From a virus: 64,000 bases of DNA. This document shows positions 18,116-27,495 of the stretch, piece by piece. Made by a program: the position numbers and the translations under genes. Under the pieces are notes generated by a model. That model ran no database searches, was not told the origin of the DNA, and saw only the letters and a list, made by a program, of their open reading frames with translations. The stretch is from positions 32,001 through 96,000 of the IMG/VR virus record IMGVR_UViG_3300028827_000102. One strand, 5' to 3'. The stretch's first letter is position 1, and each line of letters opens with the position of its first letter.

Positions 18116-20562
18116 ACCAACATTGACTTGTCCAGATACGGTTTAAATTTTTCTGGTAGTCCTGTTTTGTACAATTCCGCTACATGTTCGTTTCGTACAG
18201 CCCACCATACCTGATCAAACATATCTTCGTGAACAAACACATCGCGTTGATTGCCAATAACTATTATTGTACCAATTCTTTTGCGTAGATCATGCAGTAT
18301 ACGTAAAAGACTACTGGTACCCTGCGGATCAAGGTTAGAGAACGGTTCATCTACGACTAATAGATTGGTACTTGTTCCTGTATATATTTCTTTTAAATCT
18401 CTGATACCAAATAGTAAAGCTAAACCGGCCTTGTTCCTTTCGCCACCACTAAACAACCTGCTTACTACTTCAGGACCACCGTCTTTTCGTCTAAGAGCCA
18501 CCTTTACGTCTGTACCCGACGCCACTAAATCAAGCACCACATTGCGCTTTGGCCACATTAATTCACTATAGCGAGGGACGGTTTTAGTCACAGCATCTGT
18601 AAGTATTCGCTCAAATCGTATACGTTTAAGACCTTTCGCACCAAAAGCCTTTTTTAGTGCTTCTAAACATTTATAACGTTTGCGCACCTCTGTCATTTTA
18701 GCAAGACCTGATACAATCTTTTCTTTACGCTTCATCATAGCATCGTATCTATCTACACTAGCACCTAAATTACCTACCATACGGTCAGCTTCTGTTTTGC
18801 TTTCACGTATACGGTCCAGCTTCAGTTTTGTGTTATGTATAACTTCTCTTAGCTGTTCTATATCACCTGAAGGTAAATCTTTAATCCTATTCCTTTTGGA
18901 AATCATTTCTGTGGCAGCTTCTATCAATGTTTTCTTTTCTTTTATTACTTTTTCATACCGTTTCTTATCTTTTGTTATTTTATGCTGATCGTTTCCAGAC
19001 GGAAGTTCTGCCAATTTTGCTTGTATAGTCATCCTAGAAGCCGCAGCTTCTAATTCTTCCACCAAATTTTGCTCTTTTACCATAAGAGAATTAAGCATTG
19101 TACGAAGAGCTGGCGCATTTTTAGGTGGTTTTGGTATATTCTGAAGTTTTTCTTTTAGCTTGGAATGCTTGTCTGCTGTTTTCAGCGCTTTTGATATTTC
19201 ATTTTCCTGGCGAACAAGCTTTTCTAAATATGCACGACGTTTAGCAAGCCTATGTTTCTTTACTGAAACTTCTTTGTCAGACATATTAAATGGACGATGA
19301 CACGTCGGGCACACATCACTCTTTAGGGCTCTATTAAGATCATCTATCTCTTTTTCAGTCTTTGCTATTTCGCCTGTTAAATCTTTCCATTGTGCCCTTA
19401 GTGCCGTTATATCCATGTCAGGAATAGGACCAAGAGCTTTAATTTCTTCAGCAATCTCTATTCTACGCTCTGCGTTGGGTATATAAACATCTTCTATTTT
19501 TTGTATTTTCTTTCTAACGCTTTTTAAATCATCTTCTATTTCGTCTTTATCTCTTGAATCGGGCAATGCTTCTAATCTTGTCTTCAGTGTAGCAACTCTT
19601 CCTATGGCATCTAAAGCAGCTTTGCATTGTTCTACTTGCTTTATTGCATTTTCATAGCTGACCGACAATTTTTCAACATATTCGTCATCTATATCATCTA
19701 CAGAACCTACACCAAAATCAACACTGCTCCATATTTCTTCTATTTCTTTTTGTATTTGATTATATTCTTTTACTTCACGTAATCTATGCTGTAAACGATT
19801 CAACCGTTTTGTTCCGACAGAAAATTCTTTATCTAGACGTTCTGCTTCTTTTCTATAGTAAGCCAGATCCTCTACCAGATCGTACATAGACTTCCCAAAG
19901 CTATCCAAGGCTGCATTAACATCTTCCAACTCTCGTTCGAGTTTTTCGGCATCCCTGAGTACTATTTTGTCGGTAACTAACATAGATTTAGTCTTCTCTA
20001 GTAAATCATCATATACATCTAGAGAAAACATTCTCATCAGACTTTGTTGTCTTTCACTATCTGTTCCTGACAGCAAAACATTATTATAATCTTGCGGTAA
20101 ATAAACAAGACTGAACAAAGATCTGTCATCTAATTTTGTAATGTTATCTACCAACCATTTGGTAGGGTGTTTTCTTGCAGAAGAAGGTAGTATATTATCG
20201 CCTGTGGCAAGATCTATTATACGAAAGGAATTTCCATATTTTCCGTGGTTTCTGTACTGAACAATTTCGTATTTATGTCCATCTACAGATAAATGTAAAT
20301 GTGCCTCATAGTTTCCGCCAGATTGTACATTTATCACATCAGATACAAATGTGCGTTCGCTTCTACCAGTACCTTTTCCGCTTTTTCCTACTAGTAAATG
20401 AGAAAAAATTTCAAATGGGCTGGTTTTACCGGCTCCTAGAAACCCACCATCATCTACATTCAATCCACGTAAAAGCACCAACCCCTGATTCTGCAGCGGA
20501 ATATCACATGTTTTGTACGCATAACCATTATTAAACCAAAGCTTTGTGTATTCTACTCTCAT
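18112..20562 (-). CDS. sbcC: SbcC/Rad50-like SMC ATPase
   Basis: Walker A GAGKT, Q-loop LPQ, coiled coils, CPTC hook, FSGGE signature, VVDEPF Walker B. Confidence 0.9.
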   Translation of the reverse strand: MRVEYTKLWFNNGYAYKTCDIPLQNQGLVLLRGLNVDDGGFLGAGKTSPFEIFSHLLVGKSGKGTGRSERTFVSDVINVQSGGNYEAHLHLSVDGHKYEIVQYRNHGKYGNSFRIIDLATGDNILPSSARKHPTKWLVDNITKLDDRSLFSLVYLPQDYNNVLLSGTDSERQQSLMRMFSLDVYDDLLEKTKSMLVTDKIVLRDAEKLERELEDVNAALDSFGKSMYDLVEDLAYYRKEAERLDKEFSVGTKRLNRLQHRLREVKEYNQIQKEIEEIWSSVDFGVGSVDDIDDEYVEKLSVSYENAIKQVEQCKAALDAIGRVATLKTRLEALPDSRDKDEIEDDLKSVRKKIQKIEDVYIPNAERRIEIAEEIKALGPIPDMDITALRAQWKDLTGEIAKTEKEIDDLNRALKSDVCPTCHRPFNMSDKEVSVKKHRLAKRRAYLEKLVRQENEISKALKTADKHSKLKEKLQNIPKPPKNAPALRTMLNSLMVKEQNLVEELEAAASRMTIQAKLAELPSGNDQHKITKDKKRYEKVIKEKKTLIEAATEMISKRNRIKDLPSGDIEQLREVIHNTKLKLDRIRESKTEADRMVGNLGASVDRYDAMMKRKEKIVSGLAKMTEVRKRYKCLEALKKAFGAKGLKRIRFERILTDAVTKTVPRYSELMWPKRNVVLDLVASGTDVKVALRRKDGGPEVVSRLFSGGERNKAGLALLFGIRDLKEIYTGTSTNLLVVDEPFSNLDPQGTSSLLRILHDLRKRIGTIIVIGNQRDVFVHEDMFDQVWWAVRNEHVAELYKTGLPEKFKPYLDKSMLV

Positions 20563-21671
20563 AGGTCTTTTGCCAAATTCGCCAGTTTAACCGCTAACAC
20601 TTCCAATATAACTTTATTGTTTGTGTAATATGTCTTTATTCTTTCCTGCTCTCTGGTACAAAGATCAAGCATTTCTGCTATTATACTGGCCTTAGTAGTA
20701 ATATTTCCGGATTTGCGGTCAGGTAGTGGGACATTTTTTAACATGAATTTCTTTGTCTCGTCCATTAAATTTGGTGAAATCAAATATAATAACAATTGTT
20801 CCAACACTACTATAATTTGTCCGATAAAGTAATCATGTGCAGTTACTTCAGTGCTATAAGCTATAGCTTTACCGAACTTTCCAGACAACACTGAAGCAAC
20901 ATAATGCTGTACAGCTACATAGGTTTTTGTAGCGTCAGATTGCTTGATTATAGCAGGTAGAGCCTTGACTAGATCTTCCCCTGTCTTACCTGCTGAAGCA
21001 ACCTGTGATAGCAAATTTAGAGCGTCTCTAGGATGTCCGTCAACAGCCCGGGCAATCTGTAAAGTTGCTTTAGGAGGTATAGCTATACCTTCCTTTTTTG
21101 CTACAGGCAACAGTAATTTTTTGGCCAAAACTTCTGGCTTAACTGTTTTCAGATAGTATATTAAAGCCCTACTACGTATTGTGGTGGGAAGTACCTCCGG
21201 ATTGGTGGTACATAATATAAATCTGGCTTGACTATGAGGTTTCTCAAAAAGACGCAAAGCTGCATCAAACGCCTGCCTGGTTAGATTATGTGCTTCATCG
21301 ATTATAAAAAACCGATATTTATGTGGAGATCGGTACTTGGCTTGTTGTTCTAAAGCCCGTATAGCATCTATCCCTCTTTCGGATACCTGTTTTTCTACTA
21401 CAGAAGTAGTATCACCACCATAACGAATAGCTTTTATGGTTTGTTTGCAAGAATCACACTTGCCACAAATTTCTCCGTCTGTCCTATTTGTACAGTTAGC
21501 ATATAACGCTATCAACCACGCCAATGTGGTTTTCCCTACACCATGAGGACCACACAACAAAATAGTTGGATTGATTTCATCTTCCAAAGACCCACGAAGA
21601 GACGATACTACGGCATCTTGCCCAACTACTTGAGAAAATTTTATAGGTCTATACTTTGCTGTAAAATTCAT
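20559..21671 (-). CDS. dnaX: Clamp loader, DNA polymerase III gamma/tau-like
   Basis: KYRP..F..VVGQ, GPHGVGKTT, CGKCDSC, IIDEAH, TIRSR. Confidence 0.9.
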   Translation of the reverse strand: MNFTAKYRPIKFSQVVGQDAVVSSLRGSLEDEINPTILLCGPHGVGKTTLAWLIALYANCTNRTDGEICGKCDSCKQTIKAIRYGGDTTSVVEKQVSERGIDAIRALEQQAKYRSPHKYRFFIIDEAHNLTRQAFDAALRLFEKPHSQARFILCTTNPEVLPTTIRSRALIYYLKTVKPEVLAKKLLLPVAKKEGIAIPPKATLQIARAVDGHPRDALNLLSQVASAGKTGEDLVKALPAIIKQSDATKTYVAVQHYVASVLSGKFGKAIAYSTEVTAHDYFIGQIIVVLEQLLLYLISPNLMDETKKFMLKNVPLPDRKSGNITTKASIIAEMLDLCTREQERIKTYYTNNKVILEVLAVKLANLAKDL

Positions 21672-22669
21672 TCATTCACCTCTATCAACATTTTTCTGGC
21701 TATTTTTTCTGCCATAATAATCATATCTTGTTGTAGGTTTTCTTTTTCTAAGAACTCGTGGAGGTGCATAAGCGGATCTTCAAAAGACGATTCATACTTG
21801 CCATGCACCTTAACTGGAGGTTCATAGATTATATTGTCAGGCAAGACTACATTAGGATCAAGCTCTTTTTGTGGCTTTAATTTTAAGAATTCAGGTAAAT
21901 CATCACCTTTAAATTCATCCCAAACAACTAGAGGATATGGATGGTTGATGCGAACAAATTTTGGTTTTGCTTTGCCTGTGTCTACGATAAGAACGCCTTT
22001 ATTTTCATCCTCACCAAAATTTACCTGATGTGGCGATCCTGGATAATAAGCGTTGTCAGATATCTTCTGCCTTTTGTGTATATCACCAAGAGCCCAGTAT
22101 ACTATATCTGGCACATGGGGTATTTTGATTTGATTTGATTTTATTACCTTTGTACCATTATCCGTCACGGCTCCTGTAACAGCTTCGTGCATAACCGCAA
22201 TTATAGGTTTATTGCTTCTTGTCCTTATCTTTTCCACCATAGATTTTACTACTATATCAAAGTCATATCCAGACCAACCATGAAAAGGTAACAATAAAAA
22301 CACAACATCATTTATTTCGACAAAATCAGGCAGACCGTCACATATAACATGTTTACCAATAGGTAAATGAGACAGATAATTAAGAGCCGTATCACCAAAC
22401 TTATGTGATACTCTTTGATCATGATTGCCAGAAATAGCTATAACCGGTATAGGACAAGAATGCAACCAACCAGAAAATAACAATCTTTCGCTGTTTGTTA
22501 AATCCGGTCTATCCCAAATATCGCCAGATATAACTATAGCTTCTGCTTTGTATCTATTTGCTATGGCTGTTATTTTGTTTAGTGTAAATTTGTGTCTTAT
22601 AAGGTATTTACCAGGAAACTTTGCCCTTAGACAGTTTAAATGTAAATCTGCAGTGTGTAAAAATCTCAT
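21668..22669 (-). CDS. sbcD: SbcD/Mre11 nuclease
   Basis: HTADLH, SGDIWD, SGNHD, ALGDIH, YPGS. Confidence 0.9.
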   Translation of the reverse strand: MRFLHTADLHLNCLRAKFPGKYLIRHKFTLNKITAIANRYKAEAIVISGDIWDRPDLTNSERLLFSGWLHSCPIPVIAISGNHDQRVSHKFGDTALNYLSHLPIGKHVICDGLPDFVEINDVVFLLLPFHGWSGYDFDIVVKSMVEKIRTRSNKPIIAVMHEAVTGAVTDNGTKVIKSNQIKIPHVPDIVYWALGDIHKRQKISDNAYYPGSPHQVNFGEDENKGVLIVDTGKAKPKFVRINHPYPLVVWDEFKGDDLPEFLKLKPQKELDPNVVLPDNIIYEPPVKVHGKYESSFEDPLMHLHEFLEKENLQQDMIIMAEKIARKMLIEVNE

Positions 22670-22923
22670 AGGTCATTTTTACGTATGGCTGTACGGTAGT
22701 TGTCAATACTACGCAAGGCCGCTTTTGTTATCAGTTTGTGTACTATTCTAGCCAATTCATCATAAAATTCGTCATCTAGTACCCTCATGCCCATACTATG
22801 CAACAAAGAGTTAACTTTACTTTTATTAATTAAACGTGATACATTTCCATCTTTGGCCCATTTTTTAGAATGGCGTTTTACGGTTACTCTGTCTTTTATT
22901 TTTTTCTGTTCTGAACCATTCAT
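22666..22923 (-). CDS. Histone-fold protein with basic N-terminal tail
   Basis: LINKSKVNSLL...GMRV.DEFYDELARIVHKLITKAALRS..NYRTAIRKNDL fits the bacterial/archaeal histone alpha1-L1-alpha2-L2 layout with R-x6-D. Confidence 0.75.
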   Translation of the reverse strand: MNGSEQKKIKDRVTVKRHSKKWAKDGNVSRLINKSKVNSLLHSMGMRVLDDEFYDELARIVHKLITKAALRSIDNYRTAIRKNDL

Positions 22924-23126
22924 TGTATTTTTTGCTTGAATTCTCTATACGTAGTTATAAGACTACGTATTTCATTTTCTTTAGATAAGACAAATGCTAG
23001 TGTTAATACCGAAGCGGCTACGGACATCAAACCAGTACGTACCTTATCAAACAACTCAAACGGAGATGGATTGTGGTACATATTTATTGCATAAGATGGA
23101 AATGTATGCGATTGTTTATCAGACAT
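22920..23126 (-). CDS. Small hypothetical protein
   Basis: Fills the gap between recA and the histone gene; ATGA overlap. Confidence 0.55.
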   Translation of the reverse strand: MSDKQSHTFPSYAINMYHNPSPFELFDKVRTGLMSVAASVLTLAFVLSKENEIRSLITTYREFKQKIQ

Positions 23127-23127
23127 G

Positions 23128-24282
23128 CTATTCTCCCTCTACTTCTACAGAATCATCTGTGCCGTCTAAAGCGTAGTTTTTATATCCTAGTAGCTTAAAA
23201 TGTCGTCTATATACAGCATCCTTTTTTAGTAGAGAAAAACAATAATTTCGGAATTCGTCGCTCTCAGCTACTTTTCTAAATGCATCCCAAGCTAGATATT
23301 TGTCTGTAAAAAACTTTTTAAGCAGTATTTTATTTTTTCCCTGTTTTCTTTCCACCATTCCTATTGCTTCTAGGAAATCTAGACCGTCTTGAGCTTTATC
23401 TATGCCCTTGCCCATTATAATGTCTAATTCAAACTCTTGAAAAGCGGGGAAAGTCTTGTTTTTTATTGTCCTTACCCATACATGTTGGCGATACATACCA
23501 ACTTTATCTTCTTCGGCTTTCTTTCTACCGTGTACTCTAATTGCATAATCAGGATAATACTTCCAAGCCTGCCCTCCTGTAGGTGCTTCCGGATTAGCAC
23601 CAGGCATACGCATATTTATATTCATACGTATCTGATTAGAAGCTATCATTATGGCGCCTTTGTGTGCCAGTAATGATTTAGTTACGCCAAGAAAACGAGA
23701 ATGCATTCTAGCTTCTAATCCAGCTGCACCTTCTCCCGTTTCCACATCTCTACTCTTAGAAAACATGGCAGCGACACTATCCAACAAAATCAAACAACTT
23801 GGTTTATTTATATCATGCAAATTCACATCCGGTAGACGTCTAAGAAATCTATGTAGATGTTTATATACCCCTTCACCTGTTTCTGGTTGAGCATAAAAAT
23901 ACGCAGGAACATTCTTTCCGTTTATTTCTATTGTTTTGTGTATATCTAATCCTTGTGTACGCATATAAACAGGATCGGCTGAATGTTCTGTATCATAATG
24001 AACAATCGGAATATCTAACTTTTGTCCAGATATCGCACAAGCTTGTAAAAATGTACTTTTTCCGGAAGCTTCTGGACCGTATATATGCACTAGCCTGCCA
24101 CACTGAAAACCTCCACCTAACTTCAGATCTGCTATGAGAGATCCAGTAGACAGGGCTTTATCTACACGATGTGCTTCTCCCAACGAAACGCAACGTATTT
24201 CATCTTTTGTATCATTAAATGCATCTACTATAGCTGTTACCGGATCGGTAAATTCTATATCAGACTTTTTCTTTCTCGGCAT
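23128..24282 (-). CDS. recA: RecA/UvsX recombinase
   Basis: STGS, GPEASGKST, ILLDSVA, EARM.S, NQIR, GG.A.KYY, KNK. Confidence 0.92.
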   Translation of the reverse strand: MPRKKKSDIEFTDPVTAIVDAFNDTKDEIRCVSLGEAHRVDKALSTGSLIADLKLGGGFQCGRLVHIYGPEASGKSTFLQACAISGQKLDIPIVHYDTEHSADPVYMRTQGLDIHKTIEINGKNVPAYFYAQPETGEGVYKHLHRFLRRLPDVNLHDINKPSCLILLDSVAAMFSKSRDVETGEGAAGLEARMHSRFLGVTKSLLAHKGAIMIASNQIRMNINMRMPGANPEAPTGGQAWKYYPDYAIRVHGRKKAEEDKVGMYRQHVWVRTIKNKTFPAFQEFELDIIMGKGIDKAQDGLDFLEAIGMVERKQGKNKILLKKFFTDKYLAWDAFRKVAESDEFRNYCFSLLKKDAVYRRHFKLLGYKNYALDGTDDSVEVEGE

Positions 24283-24386
24283 TACACTACCTTATCATTT
24301 TCTAGATCTATGCACATCGGTAGCCAGAAGCAATTGGCGCATACTTCTTCTTCTCTATACCTGCCATAACAAGCAGGTTTACCCCT
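24282..24386 (-). other. In-frame 34-codon Cys4 extension downstream of the SSB UGA (read-through candidate)
   Basis: TGA|RGKPACYGRYREEEVCANCFWLPMCIDLENDKVV|TAA, overlapping the recA ATG as TAATG; no in-frame start codon before the first three Cys. Confidence 0.55.
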
Positions 24387-25469
24387 TCAATCAAAAGTTA
24401 GATCGTCATCGTCATCGAAAGAAAAATCATCAAGGTCGTCAGAAGAATCGGAAGAATCATCGTCATCATCATCGAAAGAAAGGTCATCGTCATCATCATC
24501 GAAAGAAAGGTCATCGTCATCATTCTTATTTTTTGCCTTCTTTTTATTGCCCTTATTGCTTTTATTGCTCTTATTGCCTCTTTTTCTGCTGCTATTTTTC
24601 TTAGTATTTGTCTTCTCTTCGTCTACAGTATCTTCGTCATCAAAAGAAATGTCATCAAGATCATCATCATTGTCAGTATCAAATTCAATATCGTCAGAAG
24701 ACGTGCCAGACACAGATACAGACACAGGAGCCCCAGTAGCTTTAGCTAAAGCAGCGTAACACCCCAACGAGTGTAACTTCTGTTCCAACACATCTGAATC
24801 TATGGTTTCTATTGAATCAAGCAAATCTACTAGTACGCCTTTATGTACCTTCCCCCCTAGCTTACATACATAAGCATCCTTATTTTCAATGTATTTCACG
24901 GGGAGACGTTTTCCTGTGGATACGAATTTGTATTCTACTCCACTCATATATGGATTGCTGCTCTTTTGTGCTAGCCATGTGAGCACTACACCACGCTTGT
25001 CGTCGTCAACAGAAGAACCTATTGCTTCTGCTATTCCCTTAAGTTCCTTCCACTCCAATACGTTCATATTTACCAGGCCCCACTGCTCGTCCGCGTTTTT
25101 CTTTATATTTGTGATGTGGAAAGCATGAGCCAAGTATCTGAAACTCTGAGGCATACGCAACCACTCAAAATCATTTCTCACGTCTATATACTTGTGGAAA
25201 TTGGCGCATATGGGGCAACCATTATCGACACTGGTAGCCTCAGCTATATCCCAATTTGGACATAAAGTATAGAATCCCTTTAGATCGTTTGATCCCTTTG
25301 GAACAAACTTGACGTAGTGTGTAACTATGGTAGCAAATCCACCTACCAGCCTAATCTGTACCGGCTTTCCAATAGACGGTCTAGAAAGCAGAGGAAGCAT
25401 TTCATCCCAACGTGAATCCGACTGCTGCCCAGGAACCTCTCCCATAGAACGGAAACCCTTTTTTCTCAT
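24387..25469 (-). CDS. gp32-like single-stranded DNA-binding protein
   Basis: QIRLVG...H...C...CPIC N-domain; very acidic tail with DDDDLSF repeats (27-bp unit) ending LTFD; next to recA. Confidence 0.7.
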   Translation of the reverse strand: MRKKGFRSMGEVPGQQSDSRWDEMLPLLSRPSIGKPVQIRLVGGFATIVTHYVKFVPKGSNDLKGFYTLCPNWDIAEATSVDNGCPICANFHKYIDVRNDFEWLRMPQSFRYLAHAFHITNIKKNADEQWGLVNMNVLEWKELKGIAEAIGSSVDDDKRGVVLTWLAQKSSNPYMSGVEYKFVSTGKRLPVKYIENKDAYVCKLGGKVHKGVLVDLLDSIETIDSDVLEQKLHSLGCYAALAKATGAPVSVSVSGTSSDDIEFDTDNDDDLDDISFDDEDTVDEEKTNTKKNSSRKRGNKSNKSNKGNKKKAKNKNDDDDLSFDDDDDDLSFDDDDDDSSDSSDDLDDFSFDDDDDLTFD

Positions 25470-25487
25470 GTCTGACTCCTTGTTTGT

Positions 25488-26849
25488 TTAAATATTGTCG
25501 ATACGATTGGCCATTTCTTTTGCCACTTGTACCTTACACGCTAACTGTCGAAGTGTTTCTGAATATACTTCAGCCATATCTAATCCAGAATTATCTATGC
25601 CATCTAGAAGACCATTACGTAAACATAATACCCTACACTCATCTTTTGTCAAGTGCTTTAACATCTTTAGAATGAAATCCTTCGTTTCATCATTTACAGT
25701 AAAAGTATGCTCTTCATCTGGGACATATACAAGCTTATCTTTATCATATACAGAAACTTCTTTCCATTCTGCATCTTCCTTTTGATCTTGGTCATAACTT
25801 ACCACCTGCGAAGCTTGTACTTCTCTTAATGTATCTTCTATTTTCTGTACACTACACCCTACTTCCTCTGCCAGCATATCATTAGTTGGTTCAAAGATAT
25901 TTAGTTCTGAAGCTAACTTACCAGCAGCTGATTGAATCTTTTGGTACATTCTCCATGTAGATGATGGTATTTTTATTAGTGGACCTCCACTAGATTTTCT
26001 GTATGCTTGTATTCTCTGTACTACCCACTGACGGGCAAAAGTGGGAAAAGACATGCGTTGTCTATAATCATAGTCAGAAACAGCTCTCCATAAGCCAAAA
26101 GAACCAGCTTGTAGCATATCACTGGCATGTAGGTCAGAATAAGCATATTTACGTACTTCTACTACCACTAATTTCATGTATGATTGCACAATGCGATTCT
26201 GTATTGTAGAAATACGTTTCACTATATTATTCACTATGCCGACAACTCCGTATAAATAGTTTGGGTACATTATTCCAGCTCTCTGTTCAATAAGCCTTTT
26301 TTTATCCGTAAGTTTGCTTATTCTCTTCATTATTGACACAATCTCATCGTTGTCAGTAGACAACGAAACCTTTGTCTTTAAGGTTGCCAGTTCTAATTCT
26401 ATTTGCTGGTAGTTAGAAGTAATGGCATCAAATGTACGCAATATTGCTTCATATCTGCTATTACGTAAACGTAGCCTTTCTAAAACAGCCTTAGTTTCTT
26501 TTTCTGCTACATCTCTCGGAGATGCTGCTAGCCTGAATAGACTATAACCGGTACTTAGTATCTGCAAATTTCCTGTACCGATTTGTACATCGTTGATAGT
26601 AGTAAAACCTTTGCACGATTCATCGTATATACTATATTTTTCGTTTTTGACAGCACCTCCAGCAATCCTGTAAAGAATATAACATATATTGTCTTCCACA
26701 AATGTGGTGTATTTTACCAATTCTTGTATGCCGATACTTGTGTATATTTCTATATCTTTAAACAAGGAATCCAATGTATGGTAATCTATATCCGGGGCAG
26801 ATAATATTTGCTTTGCAATGCTATTGAACATTTCAAATTTATCGGACAT
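25488..26849 (-). CDS. Phage sigma70-family RNA polymerase sigma factor
   Basis: Region 2: MKLVV..VRKY...DMLQAGSFGLWRAVSDYDY...FPTFARQWV; region 3 EPT..LAEEVG; region 4.1 LTKDECRVLCLRNGL. Confidence 0.85.
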   Translation of the reverse strand: MSDKFEMFNSIAKQILSAPDIDYHTLDSLFKDIEIYTSIGIQELVKYTTFVEDNICYILYRIAGGAVKNEKYSIYDESCKGFTTINDVQIGTGNLQILSTGYSLFRLAASPRDVAEKETKAVLERLRLRNSRYEAILRTFDAITSNYQQIELELATLKTKVSLSTDNDEIVSIMKRISKLTDKKRLIEQRAGIMYPNYLYGVVGIVNNIVKRISTIQNRIVQSYMKLVVVEVRKYAYSDLHASDMLQAGSFGLWRAVSDYDYRQRMSFPTFARQWVVQRIQAYRKSSGGPLIKIPSSTWRMYQKIQSAAGKLASELNIFEPTNDMLAEEVGCSVQKIEDTLREVQASQVVSYDQDQKEDAEWKEVSVYDKDKLVYVPDEEHTFTVNDETKDFILKMLKHLTKDECRVLCLRNGLLDGIDNSGLDMAEVYSETLRQLACKVQVAKEMANRIDNI

Positions 26850-26860
26850 ACCAATGATCC

Positions 26861-26874
26861 TTATTTTTTAGTAG
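26861..26874 (+). promoter_or_regulatory. Late-type motif TTATTTTTTAGTAG
   Basis: 15 nt upstream of the 26890 start. Confidence 0.65.
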
Positions 26875-26889
26875 AATAGGATATATAAC

Positions 26890-27495
26890 ATGCCAATAAC
26901 AAAAAAATTTGATATACCGCAACTCACACTAAAACATATACTAAAATATTCAAATGTGAGTCCTGTTAAAAGTACAAGCGGACAGCGACTTAAATCGCCC
27001 GCGTCTAGAGTGTCTGAATGTACCTTGATATCTCATCAATATAGTACAGGTTCGCGCGATGGTTTCAGACGAACTAGACATAAATATCCTACCATGTACA
27101 ACGAATTTCGCGGTCTTGTACGTTGCAGCGGAAGCGGTAAGAAACGTTACACATATATCCGTTTCTATGGGCCTCCATCTCTAGACACTCCTGTTTGGGT
27201 GTGGTGTAGCTGTGAACATTTTGCTTACACCTATGAATGGGTTTTAGCAAAATATAAATCCAGTACTATTAGTGCGGGATACAATTCTGTAGGTGTGTCG
27301 ATACGCCCAGAACCGCCACAAATACGTAACCCAAATAAGTACCCAGGAGCGTGCAAGCATATATTGCTAAGTGCCAAATATGCTTTGACCAAAAAGGACC
27401 TTATAGAGCAAAGGGAAGCATATGTGGCGGATCTGAAGCGGGCACGCCGCAATAAGATTTTACAGCGTGCCCGCCCCATCAAGCTTATCCGTTAA
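26890..27495 (+). CDS. SWIM zinc-finger protein
   Basis: VWCSCEHF...RNP...GACKH. Confidence 0.7.
   Translation: MPITKKFDIPQLTLKHILKYSNVSPVKSTSGQRLKSPASRVSECTLISHQYSTGSRDGFRRTRHKYPTMYNEFRGLVRCSGSGKKRYTYIRFYGPPSLDTPVWVWCSCEHFAYTYEWVLAKYKSSTISAGYNSVGVSIRPEPPQIRNPNKYPGACKHILLSAKYALTKKDLIEQREAYVADLKRARRNKILQRARPIKLIR

Noticed and set aside
24134-24604. His/Arg-rich plus-strand ORF
   Set aside because: Antisense reading of the Asp-codon repeats in the SSB tail
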